Source: Pecten maximus (lineage: Eukaryota). From it: 64,000 nucleotides of DNA. The position numbers were made by a program, and so were the translations under genes. The DNA is taken from the NCBI RefSeq assembly GCF_902652985.1, contig NC_047015.1, positions 1,736,001-1,800,000 of the forward strand, in the 5' to 3' direction. This document shows positions 38,237-49,859 of the stretch, one piece after another. Every line of letters begins with the position of its first letter. Positions within the stretch are counted from its first letter, which is position 1. The notes beneath the pieces are model-generated. The model was not told where the DNA came from, did no database searches, and saw only the letters and a list, made by a program, of their open reading frames with translations.

Positions 38237-40696
38237 GTTTACTTTCGTTTAGTCTAATAACCCTTAATATACACCAAATACCATATCTTCATATTTGTTA
38301 TTTCAACACATTCAAATGGAAATTTGTGTAATGCATCGATTCATTTCTTTATTAAGAGTGTATTCGAATGCACATCACAGCAACAACATTGCTGTACATG
38401 TAACGACATGACGTAAGACCTATCACTTCCGGATTCCAATATGTCTTTAGAGGTATAATTAGAAAGCCTTCAGTAGCTCTCTGTGTGTTTCATTACTTAC
38501 ATATCTATACATGTCTATACAAACACACGCCTATTGCAAATATAGGCCATGTATTTACCTAACTACCGAACACCGGTTCTGCAGGTTTATCGACTGAGCA
38601 TTCAATTGTTATGGTGGAATAAGCACACATAAATGTTCCGCTTTCTTGTGATGGGTCAACATATATTTAAATATAGCAGAGTGAAGTCAGACACGACCAT
38701 TGATGTTGTGTTCATTACATCAGCTATATCATAAGACAGGGAAATTAAAGTAAGACCCAAAGAAAATTGATCGCATCAAAAATGATTGACAGAACCGTAT
38801 GAATATACTTTGGTTTGAATGTATTGTCGGAGAATACTTGCTAGGTACGTTAGGCTGTATAACCTAAAACTCTGTAACATTGACACGCCTCACCCTGTCA
38901 CAATCACGTAAGGCCCGAGAGTAAGTGGACCGGTAATGTATATATCTAATAGTATATAGTGTAAAACTGGAGTGTACTACAATGGACTGTTATACACAGA
39001 CTAATATCGTAGTCACCACATGTATGATGTATGTTATTGATTATTCTGGCTATATCAAATATTCCTATTTAAAGGTACAATTCACCTGCGCGGTTCTTTT
39101 GTATTATTCATGGATATGGTACACTGAACACATATTATGTGCATTGCAGTGCACGCGTTATGCACCTGCATGTTATATACATGTCGTGGCAATACTCTAA
39201 TGGCAATACATATAAAGTAGCACGTAAAACTTCCACTAAACATGTCCACGCCCCATGTAGACATTTATAAGACTGTTCTCACTCCATTAGTGTAAAGACG
39301 TGTATATATGTGATGAGAACCAGATAGGAATGATGTGGACCGTGTCAGACTACACAGCCACTGGCAGTCTGTCACGCGTCCCTGTTTGTTTGTTTAGATG
39401 TCACCGTCATAGTTCACGGTACTCATTTGAGCTGGTTATATTATATCAGCTTAACTTCAAAAAATTAACTTGACATGAACAGTTACTAATATATTGTGTG
39501 TCTTATGTACAATCTTTATAGCAAATGACTTAGTGCCTGATTAGGATGCGACAAGGTATATCACGTAATTACAAAATAACATTGTATTCTAGTGATATTA
39601 CAAAATTATCAATATGTATAGGAAATAAATGATATTTACAGATTGACGAAAATATACATAATGTAACTCTTCATATTACATAACAACGAGGATTTAACCG
39701 AGAGCAAACAACTGTTATAGAACAATGGATACTTAATTAAATCACTAATTGACTTAAATGTCATTAAAACTACGAAAACAATTCAATAATTTTAAGTAAA
39801 ATAAAGCAAAAACAATAACCAGCGAACGTGACTGCAATATTACAACTATAGTCGATCATATAAATAATGTATTATATATTTTAAACTAAGTATATATAAT
39901 AATTGTAGAATGACTAAAATAATATTCAGGAAAGATAATACATTCTATATTTTAAAGAAGTAAAGAAATAATAATAACAAAATGGTTAAAAGATAATTAG
40001 TTAACGGAAAAAGATTAGATGATAATGAAAATTTAACAAAAATATAAATAATAATTACAGAATTACAAAATACAATTGACAACAATAGATACTAACAACA
40101 AAGTATAAAGGTGATTACAACCCTTCTATGTAACGGTCCATGCACACAGGTGTCATCACCCCAAAATAATACAGATCGTATCAGACCTGGCTACACAGAC
40201 GTCTTTTATCAAATCACAAACCAGTTTTGAAAACTTTGGCACTTTTACCTAGGAAATGTTATCAAATTCATGATCATATTTGTACCTGTACTGGCACAGT
40301 CATTATTCATATAGATATATATTATCAACATTACAACAGCATAATTAGCATACCTATTGTTGGTGCCTAGACACCCGATACCTGTCAGCTCCATTCCAAC
40401 ACACAAAAAAAGAAAAAGAAAAACGTCACTAGTTGTGAAAAAGACTATGATGGAAACGGATTTATCTCCATAACCAGCGAGTCAGTATTTTACCTATGCA
40501 TTCATCCTGAGAAACACACTCGCCACACAAAGTGAAATCCAACATTTATTTTTAATTTGTCTCTAGATTCATCGTCAAACCCATGGAGATGTTCAAACAG
40601 TTACAACACACAGGAAAAACAAACACTGTAAGTGTTCTCAAATTTTAGCGATTAAGAAAATTTCAACAGTTTAAAGTGTTTGTCTTCAAGGTTAGG

Positions 40697-40960
40697 GGGT
40701 TTAACGTCTACGCAACAGCTCGCGTCATATGAGGACGGGTGTCAAGGAGATGTCTATAGAATAGATAAACAAAGCACAGAATAACAGGCAGCGAGGAAGG
40801 AATGAAAATGTTTAAGATCCCAAATGTTTCAATTTGAGTAGACGATCTAGGCCTTATCGATGTCCCCGAATAGAGGACACAGAAGAACATCCCCGATTAT
40901 TTAGGGTGTCTATTTTAGTCGTCTTCTACGATCAACATTCAATGGAATGGGACTCTTCAA
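40697..40960 (-). mobile_element. Possible SINE remnant
   Basis: TTTAACGTC...CAACAGC...GTCATATGAGGACGG resembles the reverse-complemented 3' end of molluscan SINEs as recalled; not verifiable here. Confidence 0.3.
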
Positions 40961-41250
40961 TATCCTCTGAACAGAAGACAGTTGAGAAGCCACCCGTCGT
41001 CCCAGCACGGGAGTGATTAGCGCAACCATGAATTGGTACACTAATATTTTTCATGTAAAACAACATAAAAATAATTTAGCAGAAGGCTTTCAACGAAGAA
41101 AAAGCGCTTAATAAAGTAACAGCTAGAATAGCTATATTCACACTAAGCAATGATCACTTTAGGGAATTTCTCAATCTCTCGCCTTGAACAGCTTTCACGC
41201 TTGTGTTTCCGCCATGGTTTTTTTATTGCTTATTTTCTGCTTTAAACATT

Positions 41251-41660
41251 CACAGTTGATGCTACCGTTCTGATGACGTCATACGCAGCTGATGCTACTG
41301 TTCTGACGACTTCATACACCGCTGCCACCGTTCTGACGACGTCATACACAGTTGATGCTACTGTTCTGACGACGTCATACACAGTTGATGACATCATTCT
41401 GACAATATACACAGTTGATGCTACTGTTCTGACGACGTCATACACAGCTGATGCTACTGTTCTGTCGACGTCATACACAGTTGATGCTACTGTTCTGTCG
41501 ACGTCATACACAGTAGATGACATAATTCTGACAATATACACAGCTGATGCTGCTGTTCTGACGACGTCATACACAGCTGATGCTACGGTTTTGACGACTT
41601 CATACACAGCTGCCATCGTTCTGACGACATCATACACAGTTGATGACATCATTATGATGC
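41251..41660. repeat. Degenerate 33-bp minisatellite (ACAGTTGATGCTACTGTTCTGACGACGTCATAC)n
   Basis: About 12 copies; explains ORFs 41242..41652 and 41273..41713. Confidence 0.9.
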
Positions 41661-42708
41661 CACATGCAGCTGCTGTCCTATATCATTGTAAATCTCGATA
41701 TGTCCCCCATTAGCATGTACCTGTCGTTCAGTCAACAATGCAATTAGACTGTCTGTTGGTTCTCATTGTCCTGGGCTCAATGGGGCCCAGTAGTACAACC
41801 GTAGTGGTGACACATGTGTCATTTGTGCTGGGACTATTGTATACATACAGACTGTGTCACGGCATTACCCGGAAACGACGGGATACCCTTATAAGGGTTT
41901 CACAATGTACACTTTGGGTACGCCCATTGCTATAGCAGCCCTACCTTGAGTTCACACAAGCGTGACTAAGGAGATCGTGTCTTTTTAAAAGAGGATTTAA
42001 ATTTTTTTTCATTAATTCACAGATAAATATAAACCCTGTAGCCTATACAACAAACACTGAATATGTCTGTCGTGTATTGTAACAAGCAGAACTATGACGA
42101 ACGTGTAGGTCTATTTAAATATATCGACTAATTTCATTACCTCACTAGCATTCAAGCACGATATATGTTTTAATGTATACCTAACATTATAATTGAGATA
42201 TTTATAAACATGGATAATTTATCCAGTCAGTTTGCCGTCTGAGGAGACAAGGAAGTACTGTAGACTCCTATATAACTCGACATTACAACACCGATATACT
42301 GATTAACGTCACGGTTCCATAGCTCCATAGTATATGATCAGTCTTCAATAACACTTCCTCGTCAATATGTGTATAACATTTCTACAAAGGCGACGCAGAA
42401 AGTCAGGATTAACCAAGTTAAGTCCTTACAAAGTAAAGCCATATCAAAATCATCAATATTTGGTCCCCATCTTAGTTATAAAAATAGAAAACTCATATAG
42501 CCGTTGCAGTTGAGAGCGTAGACATTCTTAGTAATCAATACACCACACCTGTGATTATTGAGGGCAATTTTATCCACAATCGTTGCAAATCTATCACCAC
42601 CATAGGCTTAACATAATCCATTAATGCTTATTTATGGTTTCAGCACCTCCTGTACAACTGGACATTTGACCACGCCTTCTATCAGGTGTGAAGCTGTGCC
42701 CTACTCAC

Positions 42709-42900
42709 CTCGTAACAGCAGGAGGACCAGGAGGGGACACTTATCGTCCTGTCAGGATTCCTCCTTAGCTAGTCCCTAGGGATCGTCTCCGTCTATATCA
42801 AAGCTCCATACACCTCCCGTCCATGGATCCAGCACCGGTCCGGTGTTCTCCGAGAGGTACCAGTGAGTTGGGGGTTCCTCGTTCAGCGATACGCCTGAGC
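42709..42900 (-). other. Candidate non-coding first (5'UTR) exon of the membrane protein gene
   Basis: GC-rich island ending in a strong donor GAG|GTGAGT at 42709/42708; no ATG in frame with the TM exon; contains a short uORF MDGRCMEL*. Confidence 0.35.
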
Positions 42901-43524
42901 AGGCACGAAAAATTCTTCTCTATAATAATCCCGTGTACACATAGAACTGTGTACATTTGAATATAGAATATCACTAAAGCTTTACATGGACTTTAAAGCG
43001 CAACTGAAGCGAAGTTTGCCGAAATAACCCGAGGGCTTTTAAGCACAGTGTATACCACAAATTGAGTAAAGACAATGTTAATTGTAGGTGATATGTTATA
43101 CGGCGTGTGAATACAAATGATGTGTGTGTATGTATACTTACAATGCTGATATATACAACTTATTATTGTACTCAGATCTATAATTCAGTGTGTCATATGT
43201 CCCGCTTCAGCAGCATGTACGTATGCTTGTATACATTGGACAAGCCATTAATTGATTGACCAAATAAAACCAGACACGAAAAGAAAATTCAAATAAGCGA
43301 TCAACCGAGACGACAGGAGGTTTAATTACAAGTAGGTCAATGAGTACACATGTTAATGAAGCATCAGAGTACTTGAGGGAATATAAACATATGTAGGAAG
43401 TCCATCCATTATTCATAAAGCGCCCAGTGATTCGGGAAGGCAGTGTAGATCTTTATTGCTTCTAAAAAGGCAGCTTAAGTTCAGAGAGCATCGTCAGCTA
43501 GTGCACATGGGCTGGGTTTAATAG

Positions 43525-44450
43525 AGTAAAATATCACAATAAAACATTTATTAAAAACAATATGGGAAGGTGTGTGTGGAAAATGTCAGTAACATAAGCA
43601 TTAAAAACAACATGGAAAGGTGTGTGTGGAAAAATGACAAAGTAAAAAAAAAATTTTTTTTAAATATGGGAAAAGTGTGTGTGGAAAAATGCCACATTAA
43701 AACATTTATTCAAAACAACAAAGAAGGGTGTGTGTGGGAACATGACGAAGTAAAAAATAATCATTAAAAAAATATTGAAAAGGTGTGTGTGCCAAACTGT
43801 CACAATAAAAAAAACATTAAAAAACATGGAAAGGTATGTGTGTGAAAATGTCACAGTAAAACATTAGATAAAAAACAATATGGAAAATAGTTTTTTTAAA
43901 ACGTGGAAATGTGGAATGGTATGTATGCTTAAATGTCACAGTAAAACAAGCATTAAAAACAATTTGGAAAGATGTGTGTGCAAAAATTGAAAGTTAATAT
44001 TCATTAAAAACAACATGGAAAGGTGTGTGCAAAACTATCACAGTAAAACATTCAATCAAGACAATATGGAAACTAGTGTTTACAAACATATCACAGTAAA
44101 ATATTCATTAAAAAACATGAAAATGTGCGTGTGCTAAAAAGTCAGTCAAAACTTATAATGATAACAAGATGGAAAGGTATCTGTGTCAAAATGATATAAC
44201 AAGCATTAAAAATAATTTGGAAAGGTGTCTTTAAAAATAACGCAGTAAAACATTCATTAAAACAATAGATGGAAAGTAGCGTTTGCAAAAACATTCCAGT
44301 AAAATACCATTATCAAAACAATATCGAAACATGTGCGTACACAAAAGTCACAGTAACAAATTCATTAAAAACAATTTGGAAAGGTATGTGTGAAAAAATG
44401 TCACAGTAAAACTTTCATTAAAAACAATAAAGAAAGGGCAAAATGTCACA
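43525..44450. repeat. Old, diverged ~51-bp A-rich tandem repeat (AAATGTCACAGTAAAACATTCATTAAAAACAATATGGAAAGGTGTGTG...)
   Basis: Recurrent GGAAAGGTGTGTG and GTCACAGTAAAAC motifs at ~50-bp spacing. Confidence 0.8.
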
Positions 44451-44462
44451 GCAATGCACCTA

Positions 44463-45630
44463 TTGACCAATATATACAAGTGCTGATATGTGAGCAATAT
44501 ATGTAGGTGTTGATATGTAACCAATATATACAGGTGTTGATATGTGACCAATATATACAGGTGTGGATATGTGACCAATATATACAGGTGTGGATATGTG
44601 ACCAATATATATGTGTTGATATGTGACCAATATATACAGGTGTGGATATGTGACCGATATATATGTGTTGATATGTGACCAATATATATGTGTTGATATG
44701 TGACCAATATATACAGGTGTGGATATGTGACCGATTTATACAGGTGTTGATATGTGACCAATATATACAGGTGTTGACATGTGACCAATATATACAGGTG
44801 TGGATATGTGACCAATATATATGTGTTGATATGTGACCAATATATACAGGTGTGGATATGTCACCAATATATACAGGTGTGGATATGTGACCAATATATG
44901 TGTTGATATGTGACCAATATATACAGGTGTGGATATGTGACCAATTTATGTAGGTGTGATTATGGGACCAATATATACAGGTGTGATTATGTGACCAATA
45001 TATGTAGGTGTTGATATGTGACCGATATATACAGGTGTGGATATGTGACCAATATATACAGGTGTGGATATGTGACCGATATACACAGGTGTGGATATGT
45101 GACCAATATATACAGGTGTGGATATGTGACCAATATATACAGGTGTTGATATGTGACCAATATATACAGGTGCGGATATGTGACCGATATATACAGGTGT
45201 GGATATGTGACCAATATATACAGGTGTGGATATGTGACCAATATATACAGGTGCGGATATGTGACCGATATACACAGGTGTGGATATGTGACCGATATAT
45301 ACAGGTGTGGATATGTGACCGATATATACAGGTGTTGATATGTGACCAATATATACAGGTGCGGATATGTGACCGATATACACAGGTGTGGATATGTGAC
45401 CAATATATACAGGTGCGGATATGTGACCGATATATACAGGTGTTGATATGTGCCCAATATATACAGGTGTTGATATGTGACCAATATATACAGGTGTGGA
45501 TATGTAACCAATATATACAGGTGTGGATATCTGACCAATATATATGTGTTGATATGTGACCAATATATACAGGTGTGGATATATGTGACCAATATACACA
45601 GATGTTGATATATGTGACCAATATATACAG
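44463..45630. repeat. 27-bp minisatellite (ATGTGACCAATATATACAGGTGTGGAT)n, left segment
   Basis: About 43 copies; the same unit resumes at 49732-49860 and 52508-53290. Confidence 0.96.
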
Positions 45631-47570
45631 ACCCTGATTTAAAACGTTTATCTTATATATGTAGTTACAAAAATGCTTTGAATATATTAAACGATGTAAA
45701 TCTACAGAAAATTACAAAAATCTGATTGATAAAAAGGTTGTGTAACTGGACAGAAGTTACTAAGAAAAGAAACTACATTTGGTTTCAAGGGGACATGTTG
45801 GAATACATGAGAAAGTTTAGTTCGAAACTGCTCTATAAGAATTTTTCATCACCTAAAGCATCTGGTCCCGAAATGAGCATAGATTTGTTTATAACCATTT
45901 TAAAGGCTTGGCTGCTGATGCAAGCGATGAAACCGGTTTTGCAAATATTTTTGATAACGATCCAAATGATAACTCCATTGTGTCATTGTTTGAGGAGTTT
46001 AACTGTCCTATTGTTATTGATGATATTGATACAGCTTTACGCAATTTGAATCGTGGGAAATCACATGGAATTGATGGAATTCTAAATGAATGTTTTTTAG
46101 AAGGTAAATATTTATTGTTGCCTGCCTTGTGTACATTATTTAATGAAACTTTGGACTATTTCACTACTGACTGGCCCGTTGTGGCCATAACGCCAGTTAA
46201 AAAAGGGGGTGAAAATCAAACCCTAATGATTTTAGGTGTATCAGCCTGTTAAGTTGTCTTGGTAAATTGTTCACATTCGTTTTAAATACTAGACTTCTTA
46301 GGTGGTCTAAATCATTTGATTTTATTACAGATGCACAGTTTGGATTTCACAGTGGTCGCAGTACTGTAGATGCGACGTTTGCTCTACATTCAATTAATAC
46401 TAAACCGAAAACAAACGGTTATATTGCTGTTTTCTTGATTTTCACAAAGCCTTTGATTGCGTAGACAGAGTTAACCTGTGGAACAAGCTGTAGGAGTCAG
46501 AGGCAAGTTTCTGCATGTTATTAAATCAATATATAATAATGTGAAGTCTTGTGTGAAATTGGTTATCTACATTTTTTTTTTTTTAAATATCGGTTTATTA
46601 CAAGGCTAAATTTTGTCGCCAATACTTTTTTTATGTACGGTAATGATTTTGAGTCTTTCTTCATTTCAAAATGTAACAATCATTATGATTTTGAAAAGTT
46701 AAGTTTATTTCTTATGCTATATGCTGATGATCTAGTCCTGTTTCCGGAAACTGTCGAAGGCCTATAGAACCTTCTAGATAATCTTGACATTTATTGCTCG
46801 CAATGGAAATTAACTGTAAACGGTGAAAAAACAAAAGTTGTGATTTTCCGTAAAGGTGGTAAAATTCGAAATAATGAATTATGGCTTTACCATGGAGAAA
46901 AACTTGATTGTGTTGACAAGTTCTCTACCATGGTGTAAACTTTAGATTCAATGATAAATTCACGAACATACAGAAGAAATTGTCGGATCAATGACGTAAA
47001 GCCGTATTTGCTTCATTTCTAAATGTTCAAATACGAGTCTAAATTGTAAAACCATGTTGAGTTTGTTTGATATTTATGTAAGCAGTGTTTTGTTCTATGT
47101 ATGGGAAGTGTGGGGCTCGACAGAAGGATCAGACATTGAAAATATGAATGTTCATTTTGTAAGAAAATACTTAAGGTTAAAAAATCTACAATTAATGTAA
47201 TGGTATACAGGGAACTTAATTGTTTTCCTTAGAATATAAACGAAGATATATGATTATTAAATATTGGTTAAAATTACTTGACACGAGAAATTGTATATTG
47301 AATACTGCATATAATCTCTATTAAGAAAAATCACTGGTTTATGTTTTAATTGAGTACACGGTGTAAAGGAATTACTGTTCATTAGGTTTCGGTGAGGTAT
47401 GGCAATCACCAAAGAACTCTGAAGCTTTTTTATCTTGTATACGGCAAAGAATTTTTTGATCAAGCCAAACAGTATTTGAGAGATTTATTAGAAAAGTCTT
47501 CTTCTTATATATATATGTATATATATATATTGGGCAAAGAAGTAATTCAAACAGTGTAAACAATAAGGTT

Positions 47571-47609
47571 TGTTAAATTTTCGAGGCAATCCGCCCCTTT
47601 ATCAAAACA
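47571..47609 (-). ncRNA. Minimal hammerhead ribozyme-like motif in the inverted pLTR
   Basis: Reverse complement identical to 49261-49299. Confidence 0.6.
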
Positions 47610-48198
47610 CAAAAAATTACAAATGCAATCACATAATATATATAAGAAATACTGGAAATACAATGAAATACAATAAGAATAATGTTTTAGTAACTGGAGA
47701 AACCACAATGAACCCTTCGGCAAACGTGGGCCGAAGGCGGATACTAGCGTGACTGCATCATGTTCAACACTAGAACGCTATGCGACCAACGGCAGAGATA
47801 TTTTGAATTCCCCCGCACGTGAAAGCATATCGAAGAGTTCAAAGACGATTCGTCCCTAAATACTGCTAGTGGACGACATTGCATTCATATAAAAAATGTT
47901 GCATTATCGTCTCTACAGTGATTGATTAAATATCGTGTACAAAGTCTGAAAAACTTTAGAAAAATATGTTTGAGACTCACATTTAGTCGCCTCCCGCCAT
48001 CATGCAACAGCATCTTGGTCCGAGTTGGTCCGAATCGTCTGTTTCCCGTAGCGTCCTGTAGGGACACTTCGGCATTCGTATTTCTTATATTTTCAGTCTT
48101 GATAAATATTTGTAGTAGTTTTTTCACACCACTCTCTATAATTCTAATGATCTAAAACATATATTTCTATATAACTTCTTTGACCCTTATATATATAA

Positions 48199-48588
48199 AC
48201 GTGCAAATTGTGCCCATACACGGAGTCCACAGACACGTTTAAATGTGTAATAAACAACCGTGTTTATCACATTTTACAAACACTGACATGCACATCAGGC
48301 AATGTTGTATATCTCCTCTCCTGCAAAAAATGCAAAATGCAGTATGTTGGAGAAACCAGCACAAAGCTCAACATCAGAATCAACAATCACCGTTGCTCCA
48401 TCAAGCAAAACAGACCAGACTTTCCTGTGGCAAGGCATTTCAATTTACCTAGTCACAGTTGGAAGGATATGCAGGTGGTCGCCATTGATCACTGTCCTAC
48501 CTGGAATGAAACGAAACGTCGTTCCAGAAAAAGATACTGGATCACCAATCTCCAAACCTGCTACCCTCGGGGTATGAACGAACGTTAA
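48199..48588 (+). pseudogene. GIY-YIG endonuclease domain of a Penelope-like retroelement (5'-truncated, RT absent)
   Basis: CKLCPY...CTSGNVVYLLSCKKCKMQYVGET...RINNHR...VARHF...WI..LQTCYPRGMN; the expected catalytic Glu in R-E-x-x-WI appears as Lys. Confidence 0.88.
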
Positions 48589-49260
48589 AGACGTCTTCTG
48601 GATATACTCTCCATCTGACCATTATATCTGACTATTCGTGTAGTTAATTATTCAATTTGTTAAATGTTTCATAATTTCTGTACTTTTGGGGGCATCTATT
48701 CATTTTTGCTCTTTGAGACTCACATTTAGTCGCCTCCCGCCATCATGCAACAGCATCTTGGTCCGAGTTGGTCCGAATCGTCTGTTTCCCGTAGCGTCCT
48801 GTAGGGACACTTCGGCATTCGTATTTCTTATATTTTCAGTCTTGATAAATATTTGTAGCAGTTTTTTCACACCACTCTCTATAATTCTTATGATCTAACA
48901 CATTTTTTTCTAAAGTTTTTCAGACTTTGTACACGATATTTAATCAATCACTGTAGAGACGATAATGCAACATTTTTTATATGAATGCAATGTCGTCCAC
49001 TAGCAGTATTTAGGGACGAATCGTCTTTTAACCCTTCGGAATACTTTCACGTGCGGGGGAATTCAAAATATCTCTGCCGTTGGTCGCATAGCGTTCTATT
49101 GTTTGAACATGATGCAGTCACGCTAGTATCCGCCTTCGGCCCACGTTTGCCGAAGGGTTCATTGTGGTTTCTCCAGTTACTAAAACATTATTCTTATTGT
49201 ATTTTATTGTATTTCCAGTACTTCTTATATATATTATGTGATTGTATTTGTGATTTTTTG

Positions 49261-49299
49261 TGTTTTGATAAAGGGGCGGATTGCCTCGAAAATTTAACA
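49261..49299 (+). ncRNA. Minimal type-I hammerhead ribozyme-like motif (U3:A8 variant) in the PLE pLTR
   Basis: Stem I TGTT/AACA, core TTGATAA+A, stem II GGGGC/GCCTC, GAA, palindromic stem III AATT, predicted cleavage after 49295. Confidence 0.62.
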
Positions 49300-49859
49300 A
49301 ACCTTATTGTTTACACTGTTTGAATTACTTCTTTGCCCCATATATATATATATATATCAATCAACATATTGTGGATAGTTTTCCATTCAGTTTTATTAAA
49401 CCATTATACACTTATGAAATACAGAATATGTCTATCACAACTGTGTATGTCTGGGCATTCGTTAGCAATCGAAACTTGTCGTTTTAACAATATTGATCGA
49501 AATAAACTTTGTATGAGATATTATTATATTTGTAAGTCGCCGACTGAGAGAGAAGATCAATATCGTTTTATATCAATATGTAATATGTATAACAATTTAA
49601 GAAAGCGCCTCATTTAACCCGTACTCCGCTTTGTATTTGTATTGCTGCTCTATACCAATAATATGCATTGTGTTGTTTATAATATGTACTTATGGGCCGT
49701 ATGTCCCACAGTCAATAAAGAAATTGAAATTAAGGTGTGGATATGTGGTCAATAAATATACATGTGTGGATATGTAACCAGTATATACATGTGTGGATAT
49801 TTGACCAATATATACATATACAGATGTGGATATGTGGGTAATATATATATATATATATA

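Larger units (their letters stand above)
47530..49340 (+). mobile_element. Penelope-like element (PLE) derivative: inverted pLTR, GIY-YIG endonuclease 3' fragment, pLTR; flanked by (TA)n
   Basis: 47530-47970 is the reverse complement of ~48900-49340; 47970-48155 is directly repeated at 48713-48900; GIY-YIG ORF lies between. Confidence 0.9.
45631..49732 (+). mobile_element. 5'-truncated CR1-group LINE with degenerate reverse transcriptase, split by a Penelope-like insertion at ~47510-49355
   Basis: Motifs KSHGIDGILNE, GISLLSCLGKLFTFVLNTRL, QFGF, FHKAFD, LYADDLVL; resumes after 49355 (GHSLAIET, EDQYRF); 3' end AATAAAGAAATTGAAATT. Confidence 0.9.

Noticed and set aside
44348-45621. His/Cys-rich 391-aa ORF as a metal-binding protein
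   Set aside because: Translation of the 27-bp minisatellite
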